A DNA stretch of 64,000 nucleotides from a virus. The notes below the pieces were generated by a model, which had not been told where the DNA came from, made no database searches, and was given only the letters and a program-made list of their open reading frames with translations. Every line of letters begins with the position of its first letter. Position 1 is the stretch's first letter. Location of the stretch: the IMG/VR virus record IMGVR_UViG_3300042564_004221, positions 35,790-99,789 of that record; one strand, given 5' to 3'. Shown here in pieces: positions 32,101 to 40,864 of the stretch. The translations under genes were made by a program, and so were the position numbers.

Positions 32101-33410
32101 GAAGCCAATAGACTATTAAATTCTGTAACATAAGCATTTAAAAAACTAACCCCTTCTTCTCTTTTTGTCGGATTATCAATAAACTCTTGTTTAAACATAT
32201 AAACCTCTTGACCACCACCTTTAAGTATTATTGGTTTTGGATTCATATAAATGTTAAACCAAGACTTGGGATTACCATATACTTCGTTAAAGTAATTTTT
32301 TAGTGTTTCTTTATAAACCCTAATATTTGTCAATGGTTCAACATTAGCTTTGGGATATGTTTCGGCAATTGACTGCTCAAAAGTTTGAAGTTTACTCATC
32401 AATTGAGCTAATGTTAATTCTGGAAAATTAGGACTAATTAATCCTTTAGCCTTATATTCACTATAAACTTCGGCAATTTTTTGATATCCTCTTTCAGTTA
32501 CTAACTCCGATGAAACATTATCGTTTGATATAGTAGACTGATTTCCTGATGCTTGGTCTATCAAATTCAATTGGGTTTGTATGGTTGGGCTTCCACCGCC
32601 TTCAGGTGATGTTGGAGATTTGGAAATATTAAATGTGGTACTATACATGTGAGGAGCAGCAAGTAAATTACCCATTGAAATCTCATTTAAAATATTAAAT
32701 TTATATCCAACAAACTCTAATTCAATTTGGTAATTACCACTAAATGTATTAAATCTTGCATTAAATTTTGTAAGATTTAATTGATATCTAATTGCTTGAC
32801 CATAATAACCTTTTAACGTTAAATAAAAAGGACAATAAGGTAAGTTAAAAAATGCAGAATATGGTGAGTTATCTCCAAGTTGAAATAATGCTCTACCTTG
32901 TACGTCTTCTAACGATATTGACACACTTGGAATAAATGAAGTATTTGTTTTTACATTAATACTTGTAATACCTAATAAACCATTGTCCGTCGCTTTTTCA
33001 CCAGGGTCAGTAAGACTCATTTTTGAGTACGGACTAGTATTATCATTAGTGTTGATAATTTCTTCTTGCATTTGGTTTACCCCCAAACCATTCTTTGCTC
33101 CCTTACCTGTTAACTCATCATAATACCCTGTTGTTAAATGCGTTTCTTCTGTAGGTCTTAAAAAATTCATTTTAGCAACCGATATAGTTCTAATTCTATC
33201 TTGAGTGGTACCACCAACAGATAACTTAGTTCTTGGTATAACTTCCGCTTCTAAATTGGCAAACATAACCAATTTTTCATGGTCAACTAATCTTTCCCTA
33301 ATATTTCCAAAGGCATCAATAGTTTTGTTGGGGTCAACTACAATAATGTTATTATAATCAAATTCCACTAATATGTTACCACTGTTGTCTCCTTGTACGT
33401 TACCTGCCAT
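26151..33410 (-). CDS. Giant baseplate hub-like protein with C-terminal muramidase-like and IPT/TIG domains
   Basis: 2419 aa; LGNALLQPTMYFNL...NGPYFITDVSHVITPGSFQTTFGGVR resembles the gp27/gpD hub C-terminus; PRILTISPLTGVSGTILTITGVDF is IPT/TIG-like. Confidence 0.65.
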   Translation of the reverse strand: MAGNVQGDNSGNILVEFDYNNIIVVDPNKTIDAFGNIRERLVDHEKLVMFANLEAEVIPRTKLSVGGTTQDRIRTISVAKMNFLRPTEETHLTTGYYDELTGKGAKNGLGVNQMQEEIINTNDNTSPYSKMSLTDPGEKATDNGLLGITSINVKTNTSFIPSVSISLEDVQGRALFQLGDNSPYSAFFNLPYCPFYLTLKGYYGQAIRYQLNLTKFNARFNTFSGNYQIELEFVGYKFNILNEISMGNLLAAPHMYSTTFNISKSPTSPEGGGSPTIQTQLNLIDQASGNQSTISNDNVSSELVTERGYQKIAEVYSEYKAKGLISPNFPELTLAQLMSKLQTFEQSIAETYPKANVEPLTNIRVYKETLKNYFNEVYGNPKSWFNIYMNPKPIILKGGGQEVYMFKQEFIDNPTKREEGVSFLNAYVTEFNSLLASNPTLGNLGQTPIKNSITYNTMIKDVSFTEIDVEKTTTSQTGILLPTTADIQSIDKYFKQIFRPSLVKEVSDSSTENTKINVIMPSAYIFETFKTLISNMETEANRKLSEYETTLSADLARKLEDSASGLGFIPTVRNMCAVIMASAEGFIRLLDEVHTKAWNVRYDPIRQLAILDNVSSAQGTDSLDKVNISEKSENENQGLVNSKIPVYPWPQFFVETPEDKKGRFQLRYIADPRNVDVTKGYLYDKWPEVEFVEEYMRGLTQKFNPPLAQSPIDSQNTTNIINFNAIEYPSEGIAYANKEEIKFFYEIWERQFLSSNYSGFIRGNANQLDQLSNLIISAETNNIITSLGVSSPFLTLKLKNYNITAQNYSVFLENISNQGTGRAYQDYIKDFYVTPYIKNLTENSFNILSLSDLGKEPQTSAKSDGLLQLVKNAPNDPIIIDTYPFTNPTWVSNNMSDSNSSTNNSVYNTTNVLTVFEDRNVIANFNSIYDYTKNRPVTNFSYLKVSNPSNEITNSFELDAFYNTRKDPTSFVPTEGYVNYLSPNKIIETETTTSMLNTPYFVNAIQNGVYNWRKNDPYPYTQAAYLFINSLPLATLREKYKTNAASSDLDYIASCFKKFGAIHKMPFAWVLKMGSIWHRYKTYKNTNVDILDSVWKDFDYKTNFDPILSSDTKTYTFKFDGVLPNEITLQNKSNDITKIQTGFYPKVINDFNVFYNGYDLYSGYTDSEIQASVDGGVKVFNFPTSNVSAVSSTTVGTTTTTEDLNIQTWSVVLPNGVADLTTNSAACTPSNNTTSLTYYVVPSFGTQINQVISECLNNGTSVCPFMDNPSIYNGSVRLLWAASNYGYFNNTQISKPQPDSYVNKITTGTTQQSAFKLKIDNDYSNIEEIFSVFDKSILDKLEQEFLNFCKPISNIDLGPQIIVPVGVSPADPNVFFKNFQYLFRNLMEINSNDGSLTNEQYFNSVGQTQLITFSNTVKSFMEYDVILKYGNPADYNRRVMASYIVHVGGNNAIDSPIFFNPYIKNSLPSILNTTSVATSKSNNTVAWRALETEVGFSTITNLQYTDSGSYITDFFIDSNIEFTEANVVLCAPLIKMFATQKLYSPTLTSVEFGTNLQTYLGLTTDFQNIILNGLLTNIRRDLPDQQQLPERTIQTVIDGQQSKVENYEVFKALNDKWVAGSDYTTKTLFEDIMFLDRASRNIGDTIIVDIFDFKNILNENSLNMEMSVFTFMSGFLIKNKFNVMPLPAYVNFYNIQDVDGTTIPQANGQLEFADNMWGTFLNVDYRNSSPKMICFYVGQPSTHLDLPKGNSRFRDDAFELRRASDNPLIEDQTTKKDWAVSNKCVGFNVDIGNRNQGVFYSFQVGMESGKATSETIQTQLNMVDQANGRNVATQNVSLYNLYKQRSYTCQVSCLGNALLQPTMYFNLRHVPMFNGPYFITDVSHVITPGSFQTTFGGVRQGIYNLPSIDSFLQSINQNLLTKVEAIIKNRKDSVTAKAITNVNKSKYVSQVGDSTAAAQNSCSSNLAVAYETWGDAQSSVTTSINQTEFVTELQKKTLNPQLQVLIYLICYAKTFNTGKFYGYNNNYANITLTTDYGTNSNYFSNKKYSCVNISNSTDKPTSQPVANFDNIGKFFDFMISKLSSNVDRVYNTTTGLGLTKYYVCYWPVSNVSEDYFDSHISEYTKLQSTFDKGFKSAGDAGLNVDSAGQLKTQTTRNSQTIQQQLNTVNQSSNCLPPRILTISPLTGVSGTILTITGVDFENITGITINNVLTTTGITVNSSTNLNVVVPYTNNGLTNAQKNLIIVSGVNGIGRSVTLFTYDPAQVTPVPKNSKNTNTQPQQTGPVTLIGETEILIRDLTGKLTVSVNPQAAALNTWTLEQNVDMIVAVFDTSIVNNVRRETINRSVPLVISNYVSGNVFTITRNDVADILINNPVPEFKTNFLKDGQTVDIQFIVTAVPTNKTLNPQNVPQTFNFKFI

Positions 33411-33723
33411 AATAATAGAAATAGTTTGTTAAAGATGTTTTATAATCTTGTAATGAAGGTAGTAGAGGATAAGGAATAATCAATACCGCACCATCATATA
33501 TGTTATTCTCTAAACCTCCAAATTCGGGGTTTGCTTGTAATATTAACCATCCAAAATAAGGTGAGTTGTAGAACTCTTGAGAAACAACATCTAATCTACT
33601 TCTAGCAACTTTATAGATATAAGTTTTGTCAGTTGTTTTTTGTGGTAATTGTACAAAAGGTACTACAGTTTGTTCACCGTTAATTAAGAAGTCACTATAT
33701 CTATTCCAATATTGATATGCCAT
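33400..33723 (-). CDS. LysM-like baseplate protein (gp53/tail X-like)
   Basis: RLDVVSQEFYNSPYFGWLILQANP...GAVLIIP. Confidence 0.75.
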   Translation of the reverse strand: MAYQYWNRYSDFLINGEQTVVPFVQLPQKTTDKTYIYKVARSRLDVVSQEFYNSPYFGWLILQANPEFGGLENNIYDGAVLIIPYPLLPSLQDYKTSLTNYFYYYGR

Positions 33724-36700
33724 TAGTTAAGTTTTGCTTTAGATATGAATACGTCTGTAGAATTTTCATCGTTCCACGTTTTATTGTTTGTATTTTGGTT
33801 TGCCGTGGCACCTAAACCTTTTATTAATTTTTGTTGTGAGTCGGTATTTGCACCTACAGTAGTATAAGTAAAGGTTCTTTTCTTTTTAAGAGTAAATGGA
33901 GTGTATTTTAAGAAAGTTTTTAATCTATCTTTTTCCATAACATTCTCAATGAAATCTTTAGTAATCGCATTCTCTTCATCGAATACGGGTTTAACCGCTA
34001 CCCTATCTTTATTACCGTCTTTCCAATATTCATCAAACTTTTTACTAATATATTTATTGTCAGCTTTATTAAATAAATCTGAATTGTCAATAACATTTTT
34101 AATTAATGCATCTTTAAATGTCGCATATTTTGTGGCGTCAGTAATATTGTCTGAAATAATCATGTAAACTCTTCTAAAAATACGACCTTTATTAGTATCA
34201 CCAAATAATGAGTTTTTACTAAACGGTATAAAAACATCTTTAGTTTTAACGGTATTTGGTTCTTTAAAAACTAAGGTTCCTGTAAATCCAGTTCCTTTGT
34301 AAACAAAACTAGTTGCACTCCAAATAATTGTATTAAAATCGGTTATACCACTACTAATTACGCCAACATCATTCTTAAGTTCATCAAAAGTATTTGTTAC
34401 TCCTTCAGAACTTGGGTTAACTTCTGTAGTTCCTGATATAAGATAAGAAACCACTTTACCATCTTTTATTTGATATCCATCGGTTCCTGTACCAGGATAT
34501 GCTGGTACCGTATATGTTATAGTATTTACCCTTCCAATATATCCTATATAACTTTGTTGAACGGCAACCATACCATTTGCAATGTTAGTTACCGCATTTT
34601 GAAATACACTTTTTTTATTTTTAACAAAATTTAAATAATTATCTTTAACTTGGTTAATCAGACGATTTGTAAAATCATTTTTATTTTCTTTTAGAAACTC
34701 AATAAACCCTTCATTTTCATTTTCAATATCCTCAATTAATTGAGTGAATATTTCATCAGTTCTTTTTTCTAAATTATATGGTTTACCAAATAAAACTGTA
34801 TCGGTTGCTTTAGTTTGTAAAAACTCACCATCTTGATACGTTCTTTCCATCATCCATTGTTGACGAACCGCATTATTATATTGACTTAAAGCTTCTTTGT
34901 TTTTATTAACAACATTGGTAAAATATGTTTGAGTCTCTTCAACAACTTTATCCATGAATATATTATAGTTAATCGTACCTGTTTGACTAGTACCACTTGC
35001 AATATTGCTTGTAACGGCACCAATTGTCGAATTATTATTTTGACCATTTTGAACCGCCGCCTGATTTAAAGTTGGAGGTTGAACACCATTTTCAATTGCA
35101 TATTTTAAGAAATCTTTGTCAATTACTTTATAACTTAAATCTGTTGCATCAGCCCTATCATCATACATTTCAGTGTTTGCATAATAATTAAACGTTAACG
35201 CATTTTGTAATCTGTCCACAGATTCTTTTAATCCACTACCTCCAACAAAATCAAAAGATAAAGTTACGTTAGCAATCATTGGTTGTACACCAATACCTTC
35301 AGGGTTAAGGTCTAAATCCTCGTATGCTAAAGTTAATCCTTTTGGGATAATTTTTGTATTATAAAAATCTCCAACCCTTAGAACTAATACGGGTGGTGCC
35401 CCAAATGATGTGTTTGTTGCGTTTTCATAATCATTAGTTATTTTACCATTAACCGTTTTAACCGTAGGTATTGTATCACCAGGTCTCATACATTGTTGTA
35501 AGAAAGTTAATCTTGAATTAAGACCTTCAGGTGTGATTGAATGGAATGCTGGTTGAAAGAATTTTAACTTATCTCTAAGGTTATCATAAACCATAGGAGT
35601 GTCTTGTTTAATTGTTTCAAAATAATCACATTCTGATAATAATGACCTTAAAACTCGTTTACTAATATTATCTCTACTAACAACTTGAGTTTCAAGGGTG
35701 TTTTGCGTTTCTGTGGTTGTAACAACTGTACCAACTAACTTAGGTGGTATTATTGGGGCAGGAGGACTATAAAAATCAATCGTATCAATAAAGGCTCTTC
35801 TACATGCCATTGCATTTGTTGTATATATCTCTTTACTCTTTTTTTGACTATCACTATCAGTACAAGTTACAACTTTTTTTGGAAAGAATTCCGTTGTTTT
35901 AGTATCATATGATAATGGTTGAGCACTTTCACCTAAAGCACCACCAACTTTAACTATTAATCTTTGTGGTGTACCTGTAACATATTTAGTTAATTTTGTA
36001 TTACCTGTTATAAATGTAATTGCAGAATCAATTCTTCTTCCAGATAACGCTATATTATATTCGTTTGTCGCAGCAGCAGATGCATTAGCATTAATTACAA
36101 TTGTAATTATTCCTGTAAGGTTATTAGTAAGTTGTTTATCTATTTCATCTATTAATTCCCCAAACTTTTTTTTGTTTGGAATTATAACACTATCAAAAAA
36201 TGATGTTGTCTGTTCTGCAGTATTAGGAGATTGGTCTTTATAATATGTTTTTGTTTGTTCGCTAACATATATGTCATAAAGACTGTCATAATCCACGCTA
36301 GTTTTTGCTGGAATATCGTTGTCAAAATAAAGTCCCATTTGTTCATAACCATTAAAGATTGTATTAATAGACTCACCATCACTTGATACTTGGGCGGAAT
36401 TATCTAACCCTTTAAGACTATATTCTATTTGTTCTTTAGTTAGTTCTTTTGAAGTTATTGCTTGTTGTAGTTGAAATAAATCATTTGGACTAATTGTGTA
36501 ATATTTTTTAGCAAGTTCATATAAATCGTATTTTCTACATCCTGCAAAGAATGATTCTAAAATACTATCAATTCTAACTTTATTTGTTTCATTACCCAAT
36601 ACTTTATTAACAATTACATTCAAGACAGATGGATGGTCAACCACTATTTTCCAAGTTAAACTACCTGACCTACTTGTATTTTTATAAGTATAAATTGGCT

Positions 36701-38765
36701 CTGGCCTTCCAATAAAATCACTTTGATTCCAATTGGGGGTTACAGTTTCGCTAAAAACTAATCCGTATGGTGGGAACCACATAACTCTACCGCCATTAGG
36801 TCCTCTTTCACAAACAGGTAAATCAGATACCGCAAAACCAGGCGTGTTTGAGGTTACCCAAGCTAAATTCTCAATTGAGAACATATATTTTTTAGCGTAA
36901 GCGGTATCATAACTTCCAATTAAATTGGTTGAATCTTGTCCTCCTTCTTGTTTGTTTGGTGCAATATTAAGGTTATATGTTTTATCTAATACTGAATATG
37001 AGAATCTTCTACCTTCTGTAACAACTCCATCTTGTTTTTGTAAGTCATTATATTGTAAATAAGGAGTATCTTTAGCAAATACTCTACAATATTCAGTTCC
37101 AACTTCTTGTCCAATAGAACCAACATAACTTAATACTCTTGAACCTTTGGTTATTTCTTTATAACCATCGTGGAATACTTTACTAACTTGGTCAATTGCA
37201 TTACCAACGTGTTGTAATCTTTTACCTCCTTCAGGTTGACTATTAATAATTCTTTGAGTATCATCTAAGATTGAACCTTCTTTAAAAGTTCTTTCAGTTG
37301 ACTCTGTTGTATTGTATGATGATGGTTTAAAATCAGAATCTTCTCCAGTAATTTCTCCACCAACACCTACCTTCTTTCCTGCATTACCTTTGTATTTTGG
37401 TGAAACCCATGTGAAACCACCTTCAATACCACCACCATTACTATAGGTAGGACCATTAGCACCTAAACGAATATCCTTACTTGGACCTTCATATAATTGA
37501 GCTAATTCGTGTGGACCATAAACAGGTGATTGTTGTTCATTACCAAACGCATCAACAGGTAATGCTCTACTTGGAGAGAATACTCTTGACGGGTCAGATG
37601 ATATTGAACCAACATAAAAATTAGAATTATTTGTACTTGTACCAACAATTGCTCCACCTAATCTATCAAGTAATGTTCTATCATAATCAGGTTTGTATTT
37701 GTTGTAATTTATGTTTTTCCATAAAATAGATTTTTGACCTTGACCTGTATTATTATAAAATATTTGAGAACCTGTCTTACCCGCACCTAATAATTTATTT
37801 ACGAAATTACCTACAGCTGAAAGCGGATTAGCCAACAAAGATTGTTGTATTGTCGTTGGTGAAGGAGGATTAATATTAGGGTCAAAATATGAACCAGGTA
37901 TTAATGAAAACGGAATAACACTACCACCTAATCTAAGTAAGAAGTCGGCGGATGCGGTTATTGGATTTGAAGGTACTGTAATCTGATAGTTAGGTTCGAT
38001 TAACGGAACCCTACCTGTTAAAATGTTAGTAACATTAGTACTACTATTAACATTTAATATATTTGCTCGTCCAAGTGTTCGTCTTAATGTTTCTCTACCA
38101 ATTCTATCTTCAAATTCTTTTTTAAGTGTCTTTGCACCTAATCTTGCTATAAAGGAATCACTACTTAATAATCCATTACTACCCGTTGGGTCTGGATTTA
38201 ATAAAATTGATAATGGAGTATATGATGAAGAATTAAATGTTGTTGGGTAAGGTTGGGAAGTATATAAATTTCTTGTACCTCCAGGAATTGAATTTGAAAC
38301 TACGTCTAATTGGTCAAAAAATATACCAGCATCTAAATCTATTAAATTAGCATTTGAACCTTGACTACCAATTGGACCATAAACATTAAGACCTAAATAT
38401 GGACGAACGTTATTACCCCATCCAACAAATGCTGACCTGTTAGCTTGGTTTATAATATAGGCATCTTGTTGACCTGGTCCATATTCACCTTGATTTGAAA
38501 ATGCGTTAGTTAATCCATTTGGGTCTGGAACTTGTTTAAATCCCCCATCCGAACCCCATCTATTTAATGGATATAAACCATTTGCAAATGTTGGGTTATC
38601 TATTAATCCATCAGGACTATCAATAACCGCTAAGTCGGATTGAATTACCTCATATGTGATTGGGGGCGTAGCTTTATATGGAGATTTAGCATATGGTACC
38701 AAATTTCTTGTTATAAGTTTTTTTCTAAAAACTTCGCTGCTAATATAATCTAACGGACTTGCCAT
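33723..38765 (-). CDS. Large tail-tube initiator/baseplate protein containing an OmpA-like domain
   Basis: 1680 aa after the tape measure; FSETVTPNWNQSDFIGRPEPIYTYKNTSRSGSLTW is tube-initiator-like; YFDND...YNIALSGRR...LGE...CRR is OmpA_C-like. Confidence 0.65.
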   Translation of the reverse strand: MASPLDYISSEVFRKKLITRNLVPYAKSPYKATPPITYEVIQSDLAVIDSPDGLIDNPTFANGLYPLNRWGSDGGFKQVPDPNGLTNAFSNQGEYGPGQQDAYIINQANRSAFVGWGNNVRPYLGLNVYGPIGSQGSNANLIDLDAGIFFDQLDVVSNSIPGGTRNLYTSQPYPTTFNSSSYTPLSILLNPDPTGSNGLLSSDSFIARLGAKTLKKEFEDRIGRETLRRTLGRANILNVNSSTNVTNILTGRVPLIEPNYQITVPSNPITASADFLLRLGGSVIPFSLIPGSYFDPNINPPSPTTIQQSLLANPLSAVGNFVNKLLGAGKTGSQIFYNNTGQGQKSILWKNINYNKYKPDYDRTLLDRLGGAIVGTSTNNSNFYVGSISSDPSRVFSPSRALPVDAFGNEQQSPVYGPHELAQLYEGPSKDIRLGANGPTYSNGGGIEGGFTWVSPKYKGNAGKKVGVGGEITGEDSDFKPSSYNTTESTERTFKEGSILDDTQRIINSQPEGGKRLQHVGNAIDQVSKVFHDGYKEITKGSRVLSYVGSIGQEVGTEYCRVFAKDTPYLQYNDLQKQDGVVTEGRRFSYSVLDKTYNLNIAPNKQEGGQDSTNLIGSYDTAYAKKYMFSIENLAWVTSNTPGFAVSDLPVCERGPNGGRVMWFPPYGLVFSETVTPNWNQSDFIGRPEPIYTYKNTSRSGSLTWKIVVDHPSVLNVIVNKVLGNETNKVRIDSILESFFAGCRKYDLYELAKKYYTISPNDLFQLQQAITSKELTKEQIEYSLKGLDNSAQVSSDGESINTIFNGYEQMGLYFDNDIPAKTSVDYDSLYDIYVSEQTKTYYKDQSPNTAEQTTSFFDSVIIPNKKKFGELIDEIDKQLTNNLTGIITIVINANASAAATNEYNIALSGRRIDSAITFITGNTKLTKYVTGTPQRLIVKVGGALGESAQPLSYDTKTTEFFPKKVVTCTDSDSQKKSKEIYTTNAMACRRAFIDTIDFYSPPAPIIPPKLVGTVVTTTETQNTLETQVVSRDNISKRVLRSLLSECDYFETIKQDTPMVYDNLRDKLKFFQPAFHSITPEGLNSRLTFLQQCMRPGDTIPTVKTVNGKITNDYENATNTSFGAPPVLVLRVGDFYNTKIIPKGLTLAYEDLDLNPEGIGVQPMIANVTLSFDFVGGSGLKESVDRLQNALTFNYYANTEMYDDRADATDLSYKVIDKDFLKYAIENGVQPPTLNQAAVQNGQNNNSTIGAVTSNIASGTSQTGTINYNIFMDKVVEETQTYFTNVVNKNKEALSQYNNAVRQQWMMERTYQDGEFLQTKATDTVLFGKPYNLEKRTDEIFTQLIEDIENENEGFIEFLKENKNDFTNRLINQVKDNYLNFVKNKKSVFQNAVTNIANGMVAVQQSYIGYIGRVNTITYTVPAYPGTGTDGYQIKDGKVVSYLISGTTEVNPSSEGVTNTFDELKNDVGVISSGITDFNTIIWSATSFVYKGTGFTGTLVFKEPNTVKTKDVFIPFSKNSLFGDTNKGRIFRRVYMIISDNITDATKYATFKDALIKNVIDNSDLFNKADNKYISKKFDEYWKDGNKDRVAVKPVFDEENAITKDFIENVMEKDRLKTFLKYTPFTLKKKRTFTYTTVGANTDSQQKLIKGLGATANQNTNNKTWNDENSTDVFISKAKLN

Positions 38766-38812
38766 TTATGTTTTATCTATAAATAGATTGATGACTTTTT
38801 TTTATGAATTAT

Positions 38813-40642
38813 TTATTTTTGTTCTAAGGCCTTTGCAGTATCTTCGTAATATTTGTAAATCATTTTTTTAAAAGCAGGAGTTTCAAAATATTCAGTAAAT
38901 TGTTGTTGACTAACTCCAGCAGGTGCTTCAACCTTAATAGTAATAGTTCCACCAAAATCAATTTGAGAATTAACACTTTTTGAATTACTTGTTGTTGGTT
39001 CAGAACTATTAGGTTTATTTGACTTAAATACACTTTCATAAGATATTGGTTCAATTTTTCCTGTATTAGATTTGGTTGTTTCAACCTTTGAATTTACACT
39101 ATCTATTGAATCCACAATCTCTTTAGCCATTTCTCTATATTCTTTTTCGATACCACTTGTTCCTGTAACTTTTTTTGCACTTTTTTCAATCATATCTTTA
39201 AGAGTTTCTAAACCTTTTGAACCTAATCCAGTTGCTTTATCTTTAATATCCTTTTCAATTGATTCTAATTTCTTAGTAAAAGTCGCATTATCAATTTTAC
39301 CACTATCTTTTGATATGTATAAATCACGTATTTTATCAATACCTGCAGTTAATGTTTCTGCAATTTTTTTACTTTCAGGTACTTTACTATTAATTGCACC
39401 TGAAATTGATGTTGCGATTCTTCCTGCTCCTCTAACATTACCTTCAATATATTTTGAAGACGCAACACCGAAGGTTCCTTTAGCTGCAATTGATTTTACA
39501 TCCGCAACAAGTATATCTAAATCCGCCAATTGACTTCTTTGAATATCTTCAACTGTTTTTGGAGCATCTCTTTGTTGTTTAATTAATTCATCAAATTCTT
39601 CTTGATTAAGGTTTTGTAGTTCTTTTGTAACACCATCTTTCAATTCCACTTCATATTTACCACCTTTACCCATTTTGGCAATATTTGCTAAATATTGTTT
39701 ATCTTCCTCATTTTCAAACTTTAATCCCGCCATACTAACATCAGATAATCTTTTATCTAATTCTGCAGCTGCTAATCCCATTTTACTCATTTCCTTAGCA
39801 CTAACACCTGTTTGGTCTTCCATCGCTTTTAAGGTTAAAACGCCTTGTGGATTTATTTTAAATGAATTTGTTTCCTCGTCAAAATATGTAAATTGTTTTG
39901 CAACTTCAGATAAACTTGTTTGTAATCCAGATGGGTCATTAATTGAGGCATTCATTAAAGCAAATGGGTCAGTTAAATTACCAACTGAAACACCTAATCT
40001 TTGAAATGCCGCTGCCGTCTCAATTGCCCCTTCAGGGTCTAAAACTTTATCTGCTAAAGTAAAAGTTTGTTGCATATCAAACCTTAACATAGATGCTTGA
40101 GCCGCCATCTTAGTTAAACCAGCGACACCTCCTTCAAATTGAAAACGATTCATTTGACCCATATTATAGGTAACATCTTTCATTACCGTATTAGCATTCA
40201 TTCCAACACTTCTAATATAGTCAATTGAAGTTTCTATATTTGGTCCAATTTGAGATGTTTCATACCCTACGTCAGCAAAGTTACTAACTAAATCTCTTGC
40301 ACTTGTACCCAATATTTTGGAAGATGCGTATAGTTTACTAACTTGTTCTTCAGTTGCAATAACATTTCTTCTTGAACCTTCAGCAATACCCGCAATTGTT
40401 TCAGAAACGTTACCAATTTCCCCTCCTAATCTAAGAACACCAGCTGCTGCGTTTGCCACAGCTCTGTCCATTTCTTGTAGTCTTGTCTTCCCATCAACAA
40501 ATGCCCGATTAAGTGAATCGGCCTGTGTAATCATATCATCCAATGATTTTATTATCTTCTCAATTGGGCTAGTCCAACTGTCTAATTCACTTTTGAGTTT
40601 ATTAGCAGAATCGGCTGAGTCGTCTAAACTTAATTGCTCCAT
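38813..40642 (-). CDS. Tape measure protein
   Basis: 609-aa helical Ala/Lys/Glu-rich protein after tube and chaperone genes. Confidence 0.65.
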   Translation of the reverse strand: MEQLSLDDSADSANKLKSELDSWTSPIEKIIKSLDDMITQADSLNRAFVDGKTRLQEMDRAVANAAAGVLRLGGEIGNVSETIAGIAEGSRRNVIATEEQVSKLYASSKILGTSARDLVSNFADVGYETSQIGPNIETSIDYIRSVGMNANTVMKDVTYNMGQMNRFQFEGGVAGLTKMAAQASMLRFDMQQTFTLADKVLDPEGAIETAAAFQRLGVSVGNLTDPFALMNASINDPSGLQTSLSEVAKQFTYFDEETNSFKINPQGVLTLKAMEDQTGVSAKEMSKMGLAAAELDKRLSDVSMAGLKFENEEDKQYLANIAKMGKGGKYEVELKDGVTKELQNLNQEEFDELIKQQRDAPKTVEDIQRSQLADLDILVADVKSIAAKGTFGVASSKYIEGNVRGAGRIATSISGAINSKVPESKKIAETLTAGIDKIRDLYISKDSGKIDNATFTKKLESIEKDIKDKATGLGSKGLETLKDMIEKSAKKVTGTSGIEKEYREMAKEIVDSIDSVNSKVETTKSNTGKIEPISYESVFKSNKPNSSEPTTSNSKSVNSQIDFGGTITIKVEAPAGVSQQQFTEYFETPAFKKMIYKYYEDTAKALEQK

Positions 40643-40668
40643 ATTATTTTAGGTTTCTATATAAATAG

Positions 40669-40696
40669 AAGAAGGACTATTTTTTTAGTCCTTCTT
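40669..40696 (-). terminator. Hairpin overlapping stop of small chaperone-extension ORF
   Basis: 11-bp inverted repeat AAGAAGGACTA/TAGTCCTTCTT. Confidence 0.5.
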
Positions 40697-40864
40697 ATTG
40701 TCTTCAATCCATTTATCAAGTAAATATTTTCTAATAAAAATAGGCATTCTTTCAAAATCTTGATATGTTATTTTCATTAATGTGTTCAGGTAGTAAAATT
40801 CATCTACCTGTCCCTTTCTATAATCAGAAGAAAGGGCGAAAAAAGTCCACCCCGAATCCAACAT
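40685..40864 (-). CDS. Small tail-chaperone second ORF (lambda gpT-like extension), overlapping the chaperone 3' end in the +1 frame
   Basis: Not in track; ...FFALSSDYRKGQVDEFYYLNTLMKITYQDFERMPIFIRKYLLDKWIEDNKKD*; fills the chaperone-to-TMP gap. Confidence 0.65.
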   Translation of the reverse strand: MLDSGWTFFALSSDYRKGQVDEFYYLNTLMKITYQDFERMPIFIRKYLLDKWIEDNKKD

